A DNA stretch of 64,000 nt from Octopus sinensis (taxonomy: Eukaryota), in NCBI RefSeq assembly GCF_006345805.1, contig NC_043006.1:5642001-5706000 (forward strand). The letters run 5' to 3'. A program made the position numbers and the translations under genes. The notes below the pieces were generated by a model. It made no database searches. It had not been told where the DNA came from and saw only the letters and a list, made by a program, of their open reading frames with translations. Positions within the stretch are counted from its first letter, which is position 1, and the number at the start of each line of letters is the position of its first letter. Positions 25,035 through 37,560 of this stretch are shown here, piece after piece.

Positions 25035-26069
25035 ATTTGATTTTTTGATGTTGATGTAATTGACTCAATAGGTCTCCTCAAGCACCTAATGTCTGGAAAA
25101 TTTAACTTTCAATACTAGTAACATAATTATAATGGGTGATTGCTAGAAATACCTGGAATAATGGTGTTGGCGATCAAAGGATAAATCAAAGAAAGCAATC
25201 AGTTCTATAATTTAGAAGGTTCTGAAGACTTAGTCGTAAACTATTAAAGAATCCACTTTAAACTTGATATGTCTTCATTGATAATGTTAAGCAATGCAGC
25301 TACCATTTCTTTCTAACTAGTATTGAACTAAAACTATGGCAAATAGAACAAGCTTTCTTGAGAAACACCTAAAAATCATCACCACCATTCTTTCGGAAAC
25401 ACATTTTCCCTGCTGCCACTTGTCTCATTAGTTAGGTGCAACATGCATCCTCTCACATATTCCTTGGCTTTTCACTTCCACAATTACTCTCCTCTCCTCA
25501 TCCATTTATTGTACAGATCCATAGTGATATGGTTGTCTTTTCTGTAAGCAATACTTGACCCCATGTGCGTGTTCTTTGGGCCAGCAGTACTTCTCTCTCC
25601 TGCCTCCCTATTCTTTGTATAAAACAGGTGAAACTAGTACTGTACTACTGAGCCATTGATATTGACTTGAAGTATGGTGTATATAATCGTAACCCATAAT
25701 TCCATTTAATTTTATGCTATTACTATTTTATTTTTAATTGGTATTTTCTCTCCAAGGAATCAGGTCAAGTAAAATCTATTTCAAGCACTTTTAAGAATAA
25801 GAATTTATTATGAATAACACCCTCATCAATAACATCTTTATGTGCTTCAGAAATTAAATCTAATTGTTTTGACTCAATGGCTATAAAGAGATTTGATTAC
25901 TTCTTTCATAGGTCTAGTGGTGTAGCAGATGTTGTCTCTGTACTCCACACAGTCAACTAGTGTGTAACAGTGGACAGTTTAGTCTTAGACAACACTGGAG
26001 TACAACAAATTTCAATGTTGAAGCAGTGAATTGCTCCATAAAAAAGAAAAAAAAAGCTGCCTCCATTTT

Positions 26070-26839
26070 ATGACTAAATATAAAGTTCAACTGAGATAGA
26101 GTTGTTATCTCTTCTCCAAATGTATTCCACTTTCTCCGTAGCATTTGTCTGAATACAAAATAAAAAGTAGATGCCATTAGGAAATGAGAGATATATTAGA
26201 GAAGCAGATTTGACTGAGACTACTTTAATTGCTAGCACCTTCAAGCACTTAATAGGGAAAAAAGAACCTTTTTCAGTCTCTGTCATTTTCTATACTACTG
26301 ACTGTTATATAAAAATGATATATTTCAAAGAAATTATTCAACTGTTGTTAATTTTCATTTCTGTCATATATTGTTCTATTGATCTCACTTTGGTGCTTCC
26401 TGCATTAAATTTGTCTTGCCTGACTCCCAGATTCTACTGAATAAGAATTAAGACAAATATCTTGGGACTCCGTTGAGAAATGCTGAAGGGAAATAAAACA
26501 ATGCCAGTTTTGTCCTCTTTGAATCTACTTCGTCATCATCGTATGATTTATTTTTGTTTTTGAAGGAAGTTGTGTCAGAAGAGACTATCTTAAGCAAAAA
26601 GAATGGACTCTCTTTATTTCACACCTACACATTGGAAACTGAAAATAGATGTTCTTCAATTATCTATAGGCGTAGGAGTGGCTGTGTGGTAAGTAGCTTG
26701 CTTACCAACCACATGGTTCCGGGTTCAGTCCCACTGCGTGGCACCTTGGGCAAGTGTCTTCTACTATAGCCTTGGGCCAACCAAAGCCTTGTGAGTGGAT
26801 TTGGTAGAAGGAAACTGAAAGAAGCCCATCATATATATG

Positions 26840-26870
<31 letters not shown>

Positions 26871-27490
26871 GTGTGTGTGTGTGTGTGTGTGTTTGTATGT
26901 GTTTGTCCCCCCAACATCGCATGACAACCGATGCTGGTGTGTTTACGTCCCTGTAACTTAGCGGTTTGGCAAAAGAGACCGATAGAATAAGTACTAAGCT
27001 TACTAAGAATAAGTCCTGGAGTCGATTTGCTCAACTAAAGGTGGTGCTCCAGCATGGCTGCAGTCAAATGACTGAAACAAATAAAAGAGTAAAGAGTATG
27101 ATATAAGCAAATCATTCTCAAAGACAAGCATGTCTGTTCTTAGAAGAAGAATCTCCATCATTTTACACCACAAAACAATGTTGGTAAAACTTAACATTTG
27201 TGATATTGTTCCTGATTATTTTTTTGTCTCTACGAACTTACTCTGTAATATTACAGTGTATCCACCCAACTAATAAGTACAGTCTTCTAAAACATTAATG
27301 AAAAATCAATACTGGAAATTGATTTCTACCCGAAACAATTGTTTTTGTCCAGTATTTGTTCTAATATATCTCTCATTTCCTAATGGCATCTACTTTTTAT
27401 TTTGTATTCAGACAAATGCTATGGAGAAAGACGAATACATTTGGAGAAGAGATAACAACTCTATCTCAGTTGAACTTTATATTTAGTCAT
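26070..27490. repeat. 131-bp inverted repeat pair (26070-26200 and 27360-27490)
   Basis: Arms are reverse complements with only a few mismatches. Confidence 0.88.
26668..27097 (+). mobile_element. CORE-like SINE, full length
   Basis: Head, CORE-like motif, TA/TG tract, tail. Confidence 0.92.
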
Positions 27491-27752
27491 TACAGCTAAA
27501 GCCATGCTGGAGCTCTACCAAACGGACTAGTTAACCCAGTTTGTAGTTACTTTTCCGAAATATCATCTCAAATATCCCTAGAGAGCTAGAAGTATTTGAA
27601 ATGCTCCAACATATTACATCTTCACAACCTGTAATTTAATATCCATATATTAGCCCTTACGATTGTAGTCCCTCATAGACCTTCAACAGGCTATCATTTT
27701 TTCTTCCAAAATGTTTAATCAGTTTGCTTCTTTCACATAGAGACAGATTAGA

Positions 27753-28261
27753 ATCATCATCATCATCATCGTTTAATGTCCGCTTTCCATGCTAGCATGG
27801 GTTGGACAGTTCAACTGGGGTTTGGGAAGCCAGAAGGCTGCATCAGGCCCAGTCTGATCTGGCAATGTTTCTACGGCTGGATGTCCTTCCTAACGCCAAC
27901 CACTCCATGAGTGTAGTGGGTGCTTTTTACGTGCCACCCGCACAGGTGCCAGACGGGGCTGGCAAACGGCCACGGACGGATGGTGCTTTTTATGTGCCAC
28001 CGACACGGGGGCCAGGCAAGGCTGGCAACGGCCATGATCGGATGGTGCCTTTTACGTGCCACTGGCACAGAGGCCAGTTGGGGTGGCGCTGGGGGCCAGG
28101 CAAGGCTGGCAACGGCCACGATCGGATGGTGCCTTTTACGTGCCACTGGCACAGAGGCCAGTTGGGGTGGCGCTGGGGGCCAGGCAAGGCTGGCAACGGC
28201 CACGATCGGATGGTGCTTTTTACGTGCCACCTGCACGGAGGCCAGTCGGGGCAGCACTGGC
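27753..28261 (-). mobile_element. Meta-like (GAT)n-tailed retroposon with expanded 5' repeats
   Basis: Near-identical internal repeats at about 28010-28230. Confidence 0.88.
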
Positions 28262-28711
28262 AGAATATGGATAAATATTGAATGTTGTGTAGTGGAACTA
28301 CTTTCTTCTGGTGTAGTGGTCTTCCATCTATGTGTGATGTGGTTAGTTTGTGGCCTGTCGTATTGTCTTGCGCAGAGACGCACAACTCGCCGTCTCTACA
28401 AAAGAAAAGAGAGCGTACCTTTTGGCAATCAGTCAGCACAAGACCTCGATGCCACAGCTGTCAGTGAACAGATCTCCAAGATCATCAGCAAAAAGATCTC
28501 CACAACCTTCAGCAGACAGATCTTGACATTTCATACCAGCTTTCATACCATTATTTACTACCTGTTCGTCTTTTTTACATCCATAGCACTGCAAACTTCT
28601 AACCCACTTGAGCAGAATAAATTTTTTTCAAAGCTGTGGGTGAAACTCACTGAAAAAGTTATTTCTTTAGCGCAGTGACTTTTTATTTTCAACTTTGTGG
28701 CACAATGGAAA

Positions 28712-29153
28712 TCATCATCATCATCATCATCGTTTAACGTCCGTTCTCCATGCTAGCATGGGTTGGACGGTTCGACCGGGGATCTGGGAAGCCAGAAGGC
28801 TGCACCAGGCTCCAGTCTGATCTGGCAGTGTTTCTACAGCTGGATGCCCTTCCTAACGCCAACCACTCTGTGAGTGTAGTGGGTGCTTTTTACGTGCCAC
28901 CTGCACAGGTGCCAGGCGGGTCTGGCATCGGCCACGGTTGGTTGGTGCTTTTAACGTGCCACCGGCATGGAAGCCAGCCAAGGCGGCGCTGGCATCGGCC
29001 ACATTCGGATGGAGCTTTTTATGTGCCACCGGCACAGAAGCCAGTCGAGGCGGCGCTGGCATCGGCCACGTTCAGATGGTGCTTTTTATGTGCCACCAGC
29101 ACAGAAGCTAGTCGAGGCGGCGCTGGCAATGGCCACGTTCAGATGGTGCTTTT
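28712..29153 (-). mobile_element. Meta-like (GAT)n-tailed retroposon
   Basis: (CAT)n end, Meta-like motif, internal repeats. Confidence 0.88.
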
Positions 29154-29987
29154 TAATTACTGGTACACTTCACATGGAAAGTTAAAATTGTTTTAAAGCT
29201 AAAAATATAAAAAAAGGGGGGGGGACCTATTATTTACTTTGTTTTATTAGTCATATTTCTGTTTAACAAAATTCTAACTCATTTAACAGGATACTCAAGC
29301 ATTATGAATTTTCTAAAGTGTTAAATTACATCCTTCATCCGGAGTGCACCTAGATATTCCTTACAGTGCATCATTGCAGCACAGTGTGTAATATGAAAAA
29401 CAAAACTCATGGTTTAAAACAAGTCTAAGAGCTGATAAGTCCTATAAATTAAAATACTAATTTTCTATGATTCAATATGTGTCTATCACTGTCGTTATTG
29501 TAATTAGATTTTTGATATGAAGAGCAGCTATATTCCAAACATTTCCATTTTCTTCATCAATTACTTCTTTCTGTCATGTCTGACCTGATAACACCACATC
29601 CTATTCTCCAGTTTCACTCTAGTAGTCATCAATAGAATCTTTAACTTCTTGTGTCTGCCCACACACCCATTTCTAATATAAACTCGTGATGTTACACTAT
29701 ACTACTTAAATAACACCAAAACCCAAACATTATTCCTCTCCATAGTAGCAAATTTTCTGTTATCATCTTACCACCTTTCTTCACTCTATATTTGATAGTT
29801 TCTTGTGACTTTTCCAGGGTAGTCATATCTTCAGCACAGCTACAATTACATTAGGACTATTGGATGCTATTTTCAGATTCAACAAAAGTGATACAATGTT
29901 TCTCATCCAGTTGTTTCGTTATTTTAAAGTATTCTGCAAACAAAAGTGTATACATTTTTATGCAAAATTTAAATTGTAAATTATCTT

Positions 29988-30348
29988 CATCATCATTGTT
30001 TAATGTCCGCTTTCCATGCTAACATGGGTTGGACGATTTGACCGAGGGCTAGCAAACCAGATGGCTGCACCAGGCTTCAATCTTGATCTGGCAGAGTTTC
30101 TACAGCTGGATGCCCTTCCTAACGCCAACCACTCCGAGAGTGTAGTGGGTGCTTTTTACATGCCCCAGCACAGGGGCCAGTCAGGTGGTACTGGCAATGG
30201 TCACGCCCAAATGTTTTTACAGGTGCCACCAGCACAAGTGCCAGCAAGGCGATGCTGGAAACGATCCCGCTCAAATGCTGCCTTTTACATGCCACCGACA
30301 TGGAAGCCAGTTGGCCGCTCTGGCAATGATCACGCTCGGATGGTGCTC
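29988..30348 (-). mobile_element. Meta-like (GAT)n-tailed retroposon
   Basis: Same family motifs. Confidence 0.85.
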
Positions 30349-30742
30349 TTATTCATTTCTTTTTTTCAAGCAGCTTGTCAAAATATTAGTAATTTTTGTC
30401 TAAGTCTTGTTAATTCTATTCACAAATTGCGTAACATCTGACAAAGACTGTAAACATTGACAACATCAACTTACAAAATACTTTCACTCACAACAAATTT
30501 TTATTAAAAAACCTAGTCAAAATGTCCAAGTCTACAACACCTAATTTCATGCATATAACATTGCTAAACTAAATAAATAGATCTTGACTCCTATCGCTAA
30601 CAACAGTAACAGCTGAAATATTTTACAAAGCCCATAGTATACCAATGTAAATCATAAACTAAAAGTCCTTTCAAGTTATGTAAGTAACATGCAATCATTT
30701 TAAAACCATCATATGCAATATACTCATTCGTATTTCAAAATA

Positions 30743-31158
30743 TATTTCTTTACTACCCACAAAGGGCTAAACACAGAGGGGACAAACAAGGACAGACAAA
30801 CGGATTAAGTCGATTTTATCTACCCCCAGTGCGTAACTGGTACTTAATTCATCGACCCTGAAAGGATGAAAGGCAAAGTCTGTCTCGGCAGAATTTGAAC
30901 TCAGAACGTAAAGACAGACGAAATACCTATTTCTTTACTACCCACAAGGGGCTAAAAACAGAGGGGACAAACAAGGACAGACAAACGGATTAAGTCGATT
31001 ACATCAACCCCAGTGCGTAACTGGTACTTAATTCATCAACCCCGAAAGGATGATGGGCAAAATCGACCTTGGCGGAATTTGAACTCAGAACATAATGGCA
31101 GACGAAATATGGATACACATTTCGCCCGGCATGCTAACGTTTCTGCCAGCTCGCCACC
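30743..31158 (-). mobile_element. Nin/Deu-like SINE dimer
   Basis: Two bodies, one complete head, junction GACGAAATACCTATTTC identical to the 7-mer array. Confidence 0.9.
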
Positions 31159-31830
31159 TGAAGCAATGATGCATCTTTCCTTGTTACATTTGTCACTGGT
31201 TTCATGTTATTTCATTTTATGCTTGCATGGTTTTGACAAATACGTTACTTGAGACATCGTTTTACAGCAGGATGCCCTTTCCAATGCTAACCCTTCATTG
31301 ATTTTCAAGTAAGGGATCTCTTATTCCACACAATTTCAAAGGTATGAAATAACAGAAAGATTTTTTTGACACAAGAAACTAACAACACTGCTTACTTCAC
31401 TTCCATGATTGCAAGTATATACAAGCACACACAAACACACACACACATATTCATGTATGTATATACGGTCTTCTTTCAGTTTGTGTCTACTAAATCACTT
31501 GCAAGACTTTGATGAACGTGAGGTTGTAGTAGACAACGTTTACCCAAGGTACCATCAAACCCAAAACCACATGGTTGGGAAGTGACCTTATCCACACCAC
31601 CATACCTGTTTATTTTGGAAAATAAGAAATTAAATAACCATGTAATTAATACATCTCAGAAAACTTAGAAATAATCTTCACAAACAGCCCAAACCTAAAA
31701 GATCAACTTGCAACACTAAAACATAAAACTTTATAAATATTCTAAGCTACAGATGAATATCCATAAATGAAAGAAGGTTTGAGCTGGGTTACTTCCAAGA
31801 AGGTTCAAATTTATGAGAATGAATGTACAT

Positions 31831-32002
31831 AGGCGTAGGAGTGGCTGTGTGGTAAGTAGTTTGCTTATGAACCACATGGTTCTGGGTTCAGTCCCACTGT
31901 GTGGCACCTTGGGCAAGTGTCTTCTACTATAGCCTTGGGCCGACCAAAGCCTTGTGAGTGGATTTGGTAGACGGAAACTGAAAGAAGCCTGTCGTATATA
32001 TG

Positions 32003-32039
<37 letters not shown>

Positions 32040-32247
32040 TTGTGTCTGTGTTTGTCCCCACAACATCGCTTGACAACTGATGCTGGCGTGTTTACATCCC
32101 TGTAACTTAGCGGTTCAGCAAAAGAAACCGATAGAATAAGTACTAGGCTTACAAAGAATAAGTCCTGGGGTCGATTTGCTCGACTAAAGGCGGTGCTGCA
32201 GCATGGCCACAGTCAAATGACTGAAACATGTAAAAGAGTAAAGAGTA
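31831..32247 (+). mobile_element. CORE-like SINE, full length
   Basis: Head through tail. Confidence 0.92.
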
Positions 32248-32790
32248 CCTTTCCTCCCACACTGAAATATTCATTTTCTCAAAAGCATAAGATACCTTTG
32301 TTTATCAGAACTGTTTCCAAAAATGTCACTTGGTGTTTATCCATTAATTAGTTTTGTAAAGTTTGACTATCTGCTTCCAGGTTTTAGAATGTAATCATTG
32401 TGGATTAGCTCTTCAGCTAAGCCTTTTGTACTTCCTGTCATTGTACCCTACAGCTGAGAGCTTTCAACAATTAACAAAAGAAAATAAGGTGTTACTAACT
32501 CGTCTACATTATGAAAAGCTATTAATCCTGTCATGCTGTAGTCAGATATTTTATAATTCTCTAAGTGGTCGTAATTATCTCGAAAGCATGCTCTCAGTGT
32601 GTGTATCTCCATTAAACAGTCCGACTGTTTACACATTTCTTGTCAGTCAACCAACTTTCGGTCGTAATCTAGGTGTCTGGTGTGTAAGTTTCTGGGAGCC
32701 ATGAAACTGTTGCTTGAATCTGATGCTTTTTTTTTGGCTTTTTTCTCTTTTTTTTTTACCACAAAGGAATTTTCACTATCCATTCATTTT

Positions 32791-33422
32791 GTGCCGGTGG
32801 CACGTAAAAAGCACCATCCGAACGAGGCCGATGCCAGCGACGCCTTGACTGGCTCCTGTGCCGGTGGCACGTGAAAAGCACCAACCAATCGTGGTCATTG
32901 CCAGCCTACCCTGGCACCTAAAAAGCACCATCCGAACGTGGCCGATGCCAGCGACGCCTTGACTGGCTTCCGTGACGGTGGCACGTAAAAAGCACCAACC
33001 GATCGTGGCCATTGCCAGCCTACCCTGGCACCTGTGCCAGTGGCACGTAAAAAGCACCATCCGAACGTGGCCGATGCCAGCGACGCCTTGACTGGCTCCT
33101 GTGCCGGTAGCACGTAAAAAGCACCATCCGAATCGTGGCCGATGCCAGCGCCGCCTCGACTGGCCTCTGTGCTGGTGTCATGTAAAAAGCACCAACCAAT
33201 TGTGGCCACTGCCAGCCTCCCTTGGCACCTGTGCCGGTGGCACGTAAAAAGCAGTCACTACACTGACAGAGTGGTTGGCGTTAGGAAGGGCATCCAGCTG
33301 TAGAAACACTGACAGATCGGACTGGAGCCTGGTGTAGCCTCATGGCTTCCCAGACCCCGGTCAAACTTTCCAACCCATGCCAGCATGGAAAACGGACGTT
33401 AAACAGTGATGATGATGATGAT
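32791..33422 (+). mobile_element. Meta-like (GAT)n-tailed retroposon with about 8 5' tandem units
   Basis: GTGCCGGTGGCACGTAAAAAGCACC recurs about 8 times before the Meta-like motif. Confidence 0.9.
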
Positions 33423-33869
33423 TTTTACATTGCATGATGTTGAAATGTGGTGTCAAATGTAATGGCTAAAATCTACTGGAAATTATCAGTACTGATAAGC
33501 CTAGAACATACAAATATTTCTCAGAGCAGCAAGCTATTACAAAGCTTATCAACAAAGACATTTGAATTTATTATCATAAGCTCTGTAGTTATCAGTTCCT
33601 TCGGAGTTGTTATGTGACTCATAATGGTAACTGTGTACAGAATTAGTTGAGAGACCTATTGAGAGTTACTCTTTTACTTGTTTGTCATCTGACTGTGGCC
33701 ATGCTGGAGCACCGCCTTTAGTCAAGCAAATCAACCCCAAGGGCTTATTCTTTGTAAGCCTAGTACTTATTCTATCGTTCTCTTTTGCCGAACCGCTAAG
33801 TTACGGGGACGTAAACGCACACCACCATTGGTTGTCAAGCGATGTTGGGGGGGACAAACACATAAACAT

Positions 33870-33928
<59 letters not shown>

Positions 33929-34030
33929 GGAGTAAACACATAAATGTGAAACAAGGTGGAAAAAAGAGTACTCAAATACCAGTGGTAGAGTAATATGCTT
34001 TATTTTAAGCAGCAGAAAATTCAACAAAAT

Positions 34031-34068
34031 CTGTTACTCTGAGTTTCTCGTTGCCGTTCATCAGACAG
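34031..34068 (-). ncRNA. Minimal type I hammerhead ribozyme motif
   Basis: Minus strand CTGT-CTGATGA-ACG-GCAA-CGA-GAAA-CTC-A-GAG-TA-ACAG; stem I CTGT/ACAG; GUA site; stem II base mismatched (A-A). Confidence 0.8.
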
Positions 34069-34080
34069 TTTTTGCTAGAA

Positions 34081-34117
34081 TGTCTGATGAACGGCAACGA
34101 GAAACTCAGAGTAACAG
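34081..34117 (+). ncRNA. Minimal type I hammerhead ribozyme motif (inverted twin)
   Basis: TGT-CTGATGA-ACGGCAACGA-GAAA-CTCAGAG-TA-ACAG. Confidence 0.78.
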
Positions 34118-34884
34118 ATTTTGTTGAATTTTCTGCTGCTTAAAATAAAGTGTATATATATATATACATATATATACACGACAGGCTTCTTTCAGTTTCC
34201 GTCTACCAAATCCACTCACAAGGCTTTGGTTGGTTCGAGGCTATAGTAGAAGACACTTGCCCAAGGTGCCACACAGTGAGAATGAACCCAGAACTATGTG
34301 GTTGGTAAGCAAGCTACTTACCACACAGCCACTCCTGCACCTATAATTTAGCCTTTAGTTTTCACTGTTGCTGCAGATTATGAACATGAAATAGTATACT
34401 TCTGTTGAAATGAGTTCAAATATTGACCCTAGGTTTTATTACTTCAATCTAGTTTTAAAATTGACAGATGTATTGTTGTCTAGTTTCAAGTCAGTGCAAT
34501 TCAGGAATTTTATATCTAGAAAATTTGAACTAAACATATAGCGATATCATCATCCTCATTTAGTGTCCCATGAGTTGGACAGTTTGACTAGAGCTGGCAA
34601 GCTGGTTCCGGTCTGATTTGGCATGGTTTCTATGCCTGAATTTCTTTCCTAATGCCAACCACTTTACAGTGTGTGCTGGGTGCTTTTTATGTGGCACTAG
34701 AACAGGTGATTTTTGCATTGCATTGGCTTGGGTGTTTATTATGCAGACTGGTACAGGTGCATTTTTCATGGACCAATACAGGTGTTTTTCATGTGAATTA
34801 GCACAAGGGAGCTTGCAAGGCAAAAACCTCTTCAGATTGGAGAAGAGTCTAATAACGAGACAACATATGTGTGAGTATGTATTA

Positions 34885-34926
<42 letters not shown>

Positions 34927-35101
34927 CGAGGATGATCTGGTTCTTGACTGAGGATAGAAAACTTTGAATGACCTGTCCTTGTTTTCTTTGTATCGTCTGT
35001 CTGGATATTTTGTTGTCCCCTTTTTGTAACACCTGGTTGTCTGGATGTTTTGCGTTCTTGTCCCATTTTGTATTTTATATATATATATAAATATATATAT
35101 A

Positions 35102-35302
35102 TATTTCTTTACTACCCACAAGGGGCTACACACAGAGGCGACAAACAAGGACAGACAAACGGATTAAGTCGATTACATCGGCCCCAGTGCGTAACTGGTA
35201 CTTAATTTATTGACCCCAAAAGGATGAAAGGCAAAGTCAACCTCGGCGGAATTTAAACTCAGAACGTAACGCCCGACATGCTAACATTTCTTCCAGCTCG
35301 CC
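35102..35302 (-). mobile_element. Nin/Deu-like SINE between TA tracts
   Basis: Family body; head with an internal deletion. Confidence 0.87.
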
Positions 35303-35303
35303 T

Positions 35304-35390
<87 letters not shown>

Positions 35391-35480
35391 TAATGTATGT
35401 ATATGCAGGTGTGCATATGTATCTGGTATATATATGTATGCATATATTATGTATGTACATATATATATTTCTGTATATAT

Positions 35481-36335
35481 TGTGGTCTGATTAATAAGTA
35501 TCTGAACTGTTGCCATGGTAATGAAGCTAAAGCATACGGTGAAGCTGCTTGGCAGAGATTGACCTTGCATTCTGCAGTGCATGTGCACTGAGTTTTAACG
35601 TTCCAGCTCCCTTCTGCTGTTTACAGCAGTGCTTGGAAGGAACATGTGTAGTGCATGATCATCGCATTGACCATGACAAGGAAGGTTGAGCAGAGCATCT
35701 GCATCAAATTTTGCAAAAAGCTTGGCGATACCTGCTCAGAGGCCTACACAAAGTTTACAGAAAGTTTTCATCGTTCCCGACACAATCAAGGAGATCTTGT
35801 GCAACTGAAACCTGAGTGTTTCTTTGGTCAGCTGAAAGCAGTTTTTGGCACAGAGTTGGCAGACATGCATCTCATACCCAAATCTTCAGTGGTAATGGAC
35901 TGAACTGCAACTAATCTGCACATCCTCTGATAACTCAAGGGTGGTGATTCGACGTTTTCCCCTCACAGCTGCATGCAATGTTTTCCTCAGTTCTTCTGGT
36001 TGCAGGTCTCCAAGAACGTTCGTTAATATCGACATTTTTTTGTGCCACCTTGAAAACATCAGAACCACTTGTGAGCGGCTCATACACTCCTCTCCATACA
36101 CTTTCTGCAACCTTGCATGGGCCTTTGGGCAACTTTGTCATGGTCAATACGATGATCACACGCTACACGTTCCCTCCAACCACTGCTGTTAAACAGCAGA
36201 AGTGAGTTAGAATGTTAAAATTCAGTGTGAATGCACAGCAGAGTTTAAAGTCAGTCTTTGCAAAAGCGGCTTCACTCTACATGTTCTAGCTTCGTTGTAA
36301 TAGCAACAGTCCGGATACTTATTGATCAGGCCTTG
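35481..36335. mobile_element. Mariner-derived foldback element (two left ends in inverted orientation)
   Basis: Ends GGTCTGATTAATAAGTATC and GATACTTATTGATCAGGCC; + strand EQSICIKFCKKLGDTCSEAY; - strand QKVYGEECMSRSQV...RRITTLELSEDVQIS. Confidence 0.85.
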
Positions 36336-36344
36336 TTTGTTATA

Positions 36345-36718
36345 TTCTTTTTATTCTTTTACTTGTTTCAGTCATTTGACTGTGGCCATGCTGGAGCACC
36401 GCCTTTAGTCGAGCAACTCGACCCCGGGACTTATTCTTTGTAAGCCCAGTACTTATTCTATCGGTCTCTTTTGCCGAACCGCTAAGTGACGGGGACGTAA
36501 ACACACCAGCATCGGTTGTCAAGCAATGCTAGGGAGACAAACACACACACACAAACACACACACATACACATATATATATATATACATATATATGACAGG
36601 CTTCTTTCAGTTTCCATCTACCAAATCCACTCACAAGGCATTGGTAGGCCCGGGGCTATAGCAGAAGACACTTGCCCATGGTTAGCAAGCTACTTTCCGC
36701 ACAGCCACTCCTGCGCCT
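36345..36718 (-). mobile_element. CORE-like SINE
   Basis: Family match, deletion in the head. Confidence 0.9.
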
Positions 36719-36832
36719 ATACGTATCGTAAATAATCTTATCATGAGCACCATATCATTATACAACTCTTTTTGTTATGAGTTGACTTTAAAAAGTTTGC
36801 CATTACAACTTTCTGCTTGCTTTAATATATGT

Positions 36833-37063
36833 ATTTCTTTACTACCCACAAGGGGCTAAACACAGAGGGGACAAACAAGGACAGATAAACGGATTAAGTC
36901 GATTACATCGACCCCAGTGCATAACTGGTACTTAATCTATCGACCCCGAAAGGATGAAAGGCAAAGTTGACCTCGGTGGAATTTGTACTAAGAACATAGC
37001 GGCAGACGAAATACAGCTACGCATTTCGCCCGGCATGCTAACATTTCTGCCAGCTCACCGCCT
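36833..37063 (-). mobile_element. Nin/Deu-like SINE
   Basis: Complete head and body. Confidence 0.9.
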
Positions 37064-37560
37064 TCAATATACGGTTGATCAGCTATATTTTGTTGGGGTG
37101 GTGTTTCAGTTTAGCTTACTTAGTAATTTTTAGCCCATTGTGATTTGTAGAGTGGCTTTGGATTACAGATATTCTTTTGGTAAAAAATGAAATATGTGCC
37201 TTGAGATGTCTACATCCAAATAAAAACATATTAGGCCTTAACTAATATTTCTTTTGCAATGTGTAGGAATTGAAATGTGTAGGAATGTCCTATTCATTAA
37301 ATATATCTTCACCAAATTAGCAGTCTAATTATGATATGGACTGTCTGAAAGGAGGCAAATTTAGCCATGTCACTGTTTACCTTCCCCATTCCAACAAATG
37401 TATCATCATCATCATCATCATTGTTTAACATCCGTTTTCCATGCTAGCATGGGTTGGACGGCTCAACCAGGGTCTGGGAAGCCAGGAGGCTGCACCAGGC
37501 TCTAGTCTGATCTGGCAGAGTTTCTACAGCTGGATGCCCTTCCTAATGCCAACCACTCTG

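Larger units (their letters stand above)
33668..34342 (-). mobile_element. CORE-like SINE interrupted by a palindromic element in its TA tract
   Basis: Tail half 33668-33860, head half 34178-34342. Confidence 0.9.

Noticed and set aside
27802-29196. Recurring ORFs such as LQLDALPNANHS, YQIHSQGFG and IDPERMKGKVDLGG as a protein family
   Set aside because: They are translations of non-coding SINE bodies, with frames and stops that differ between copies.
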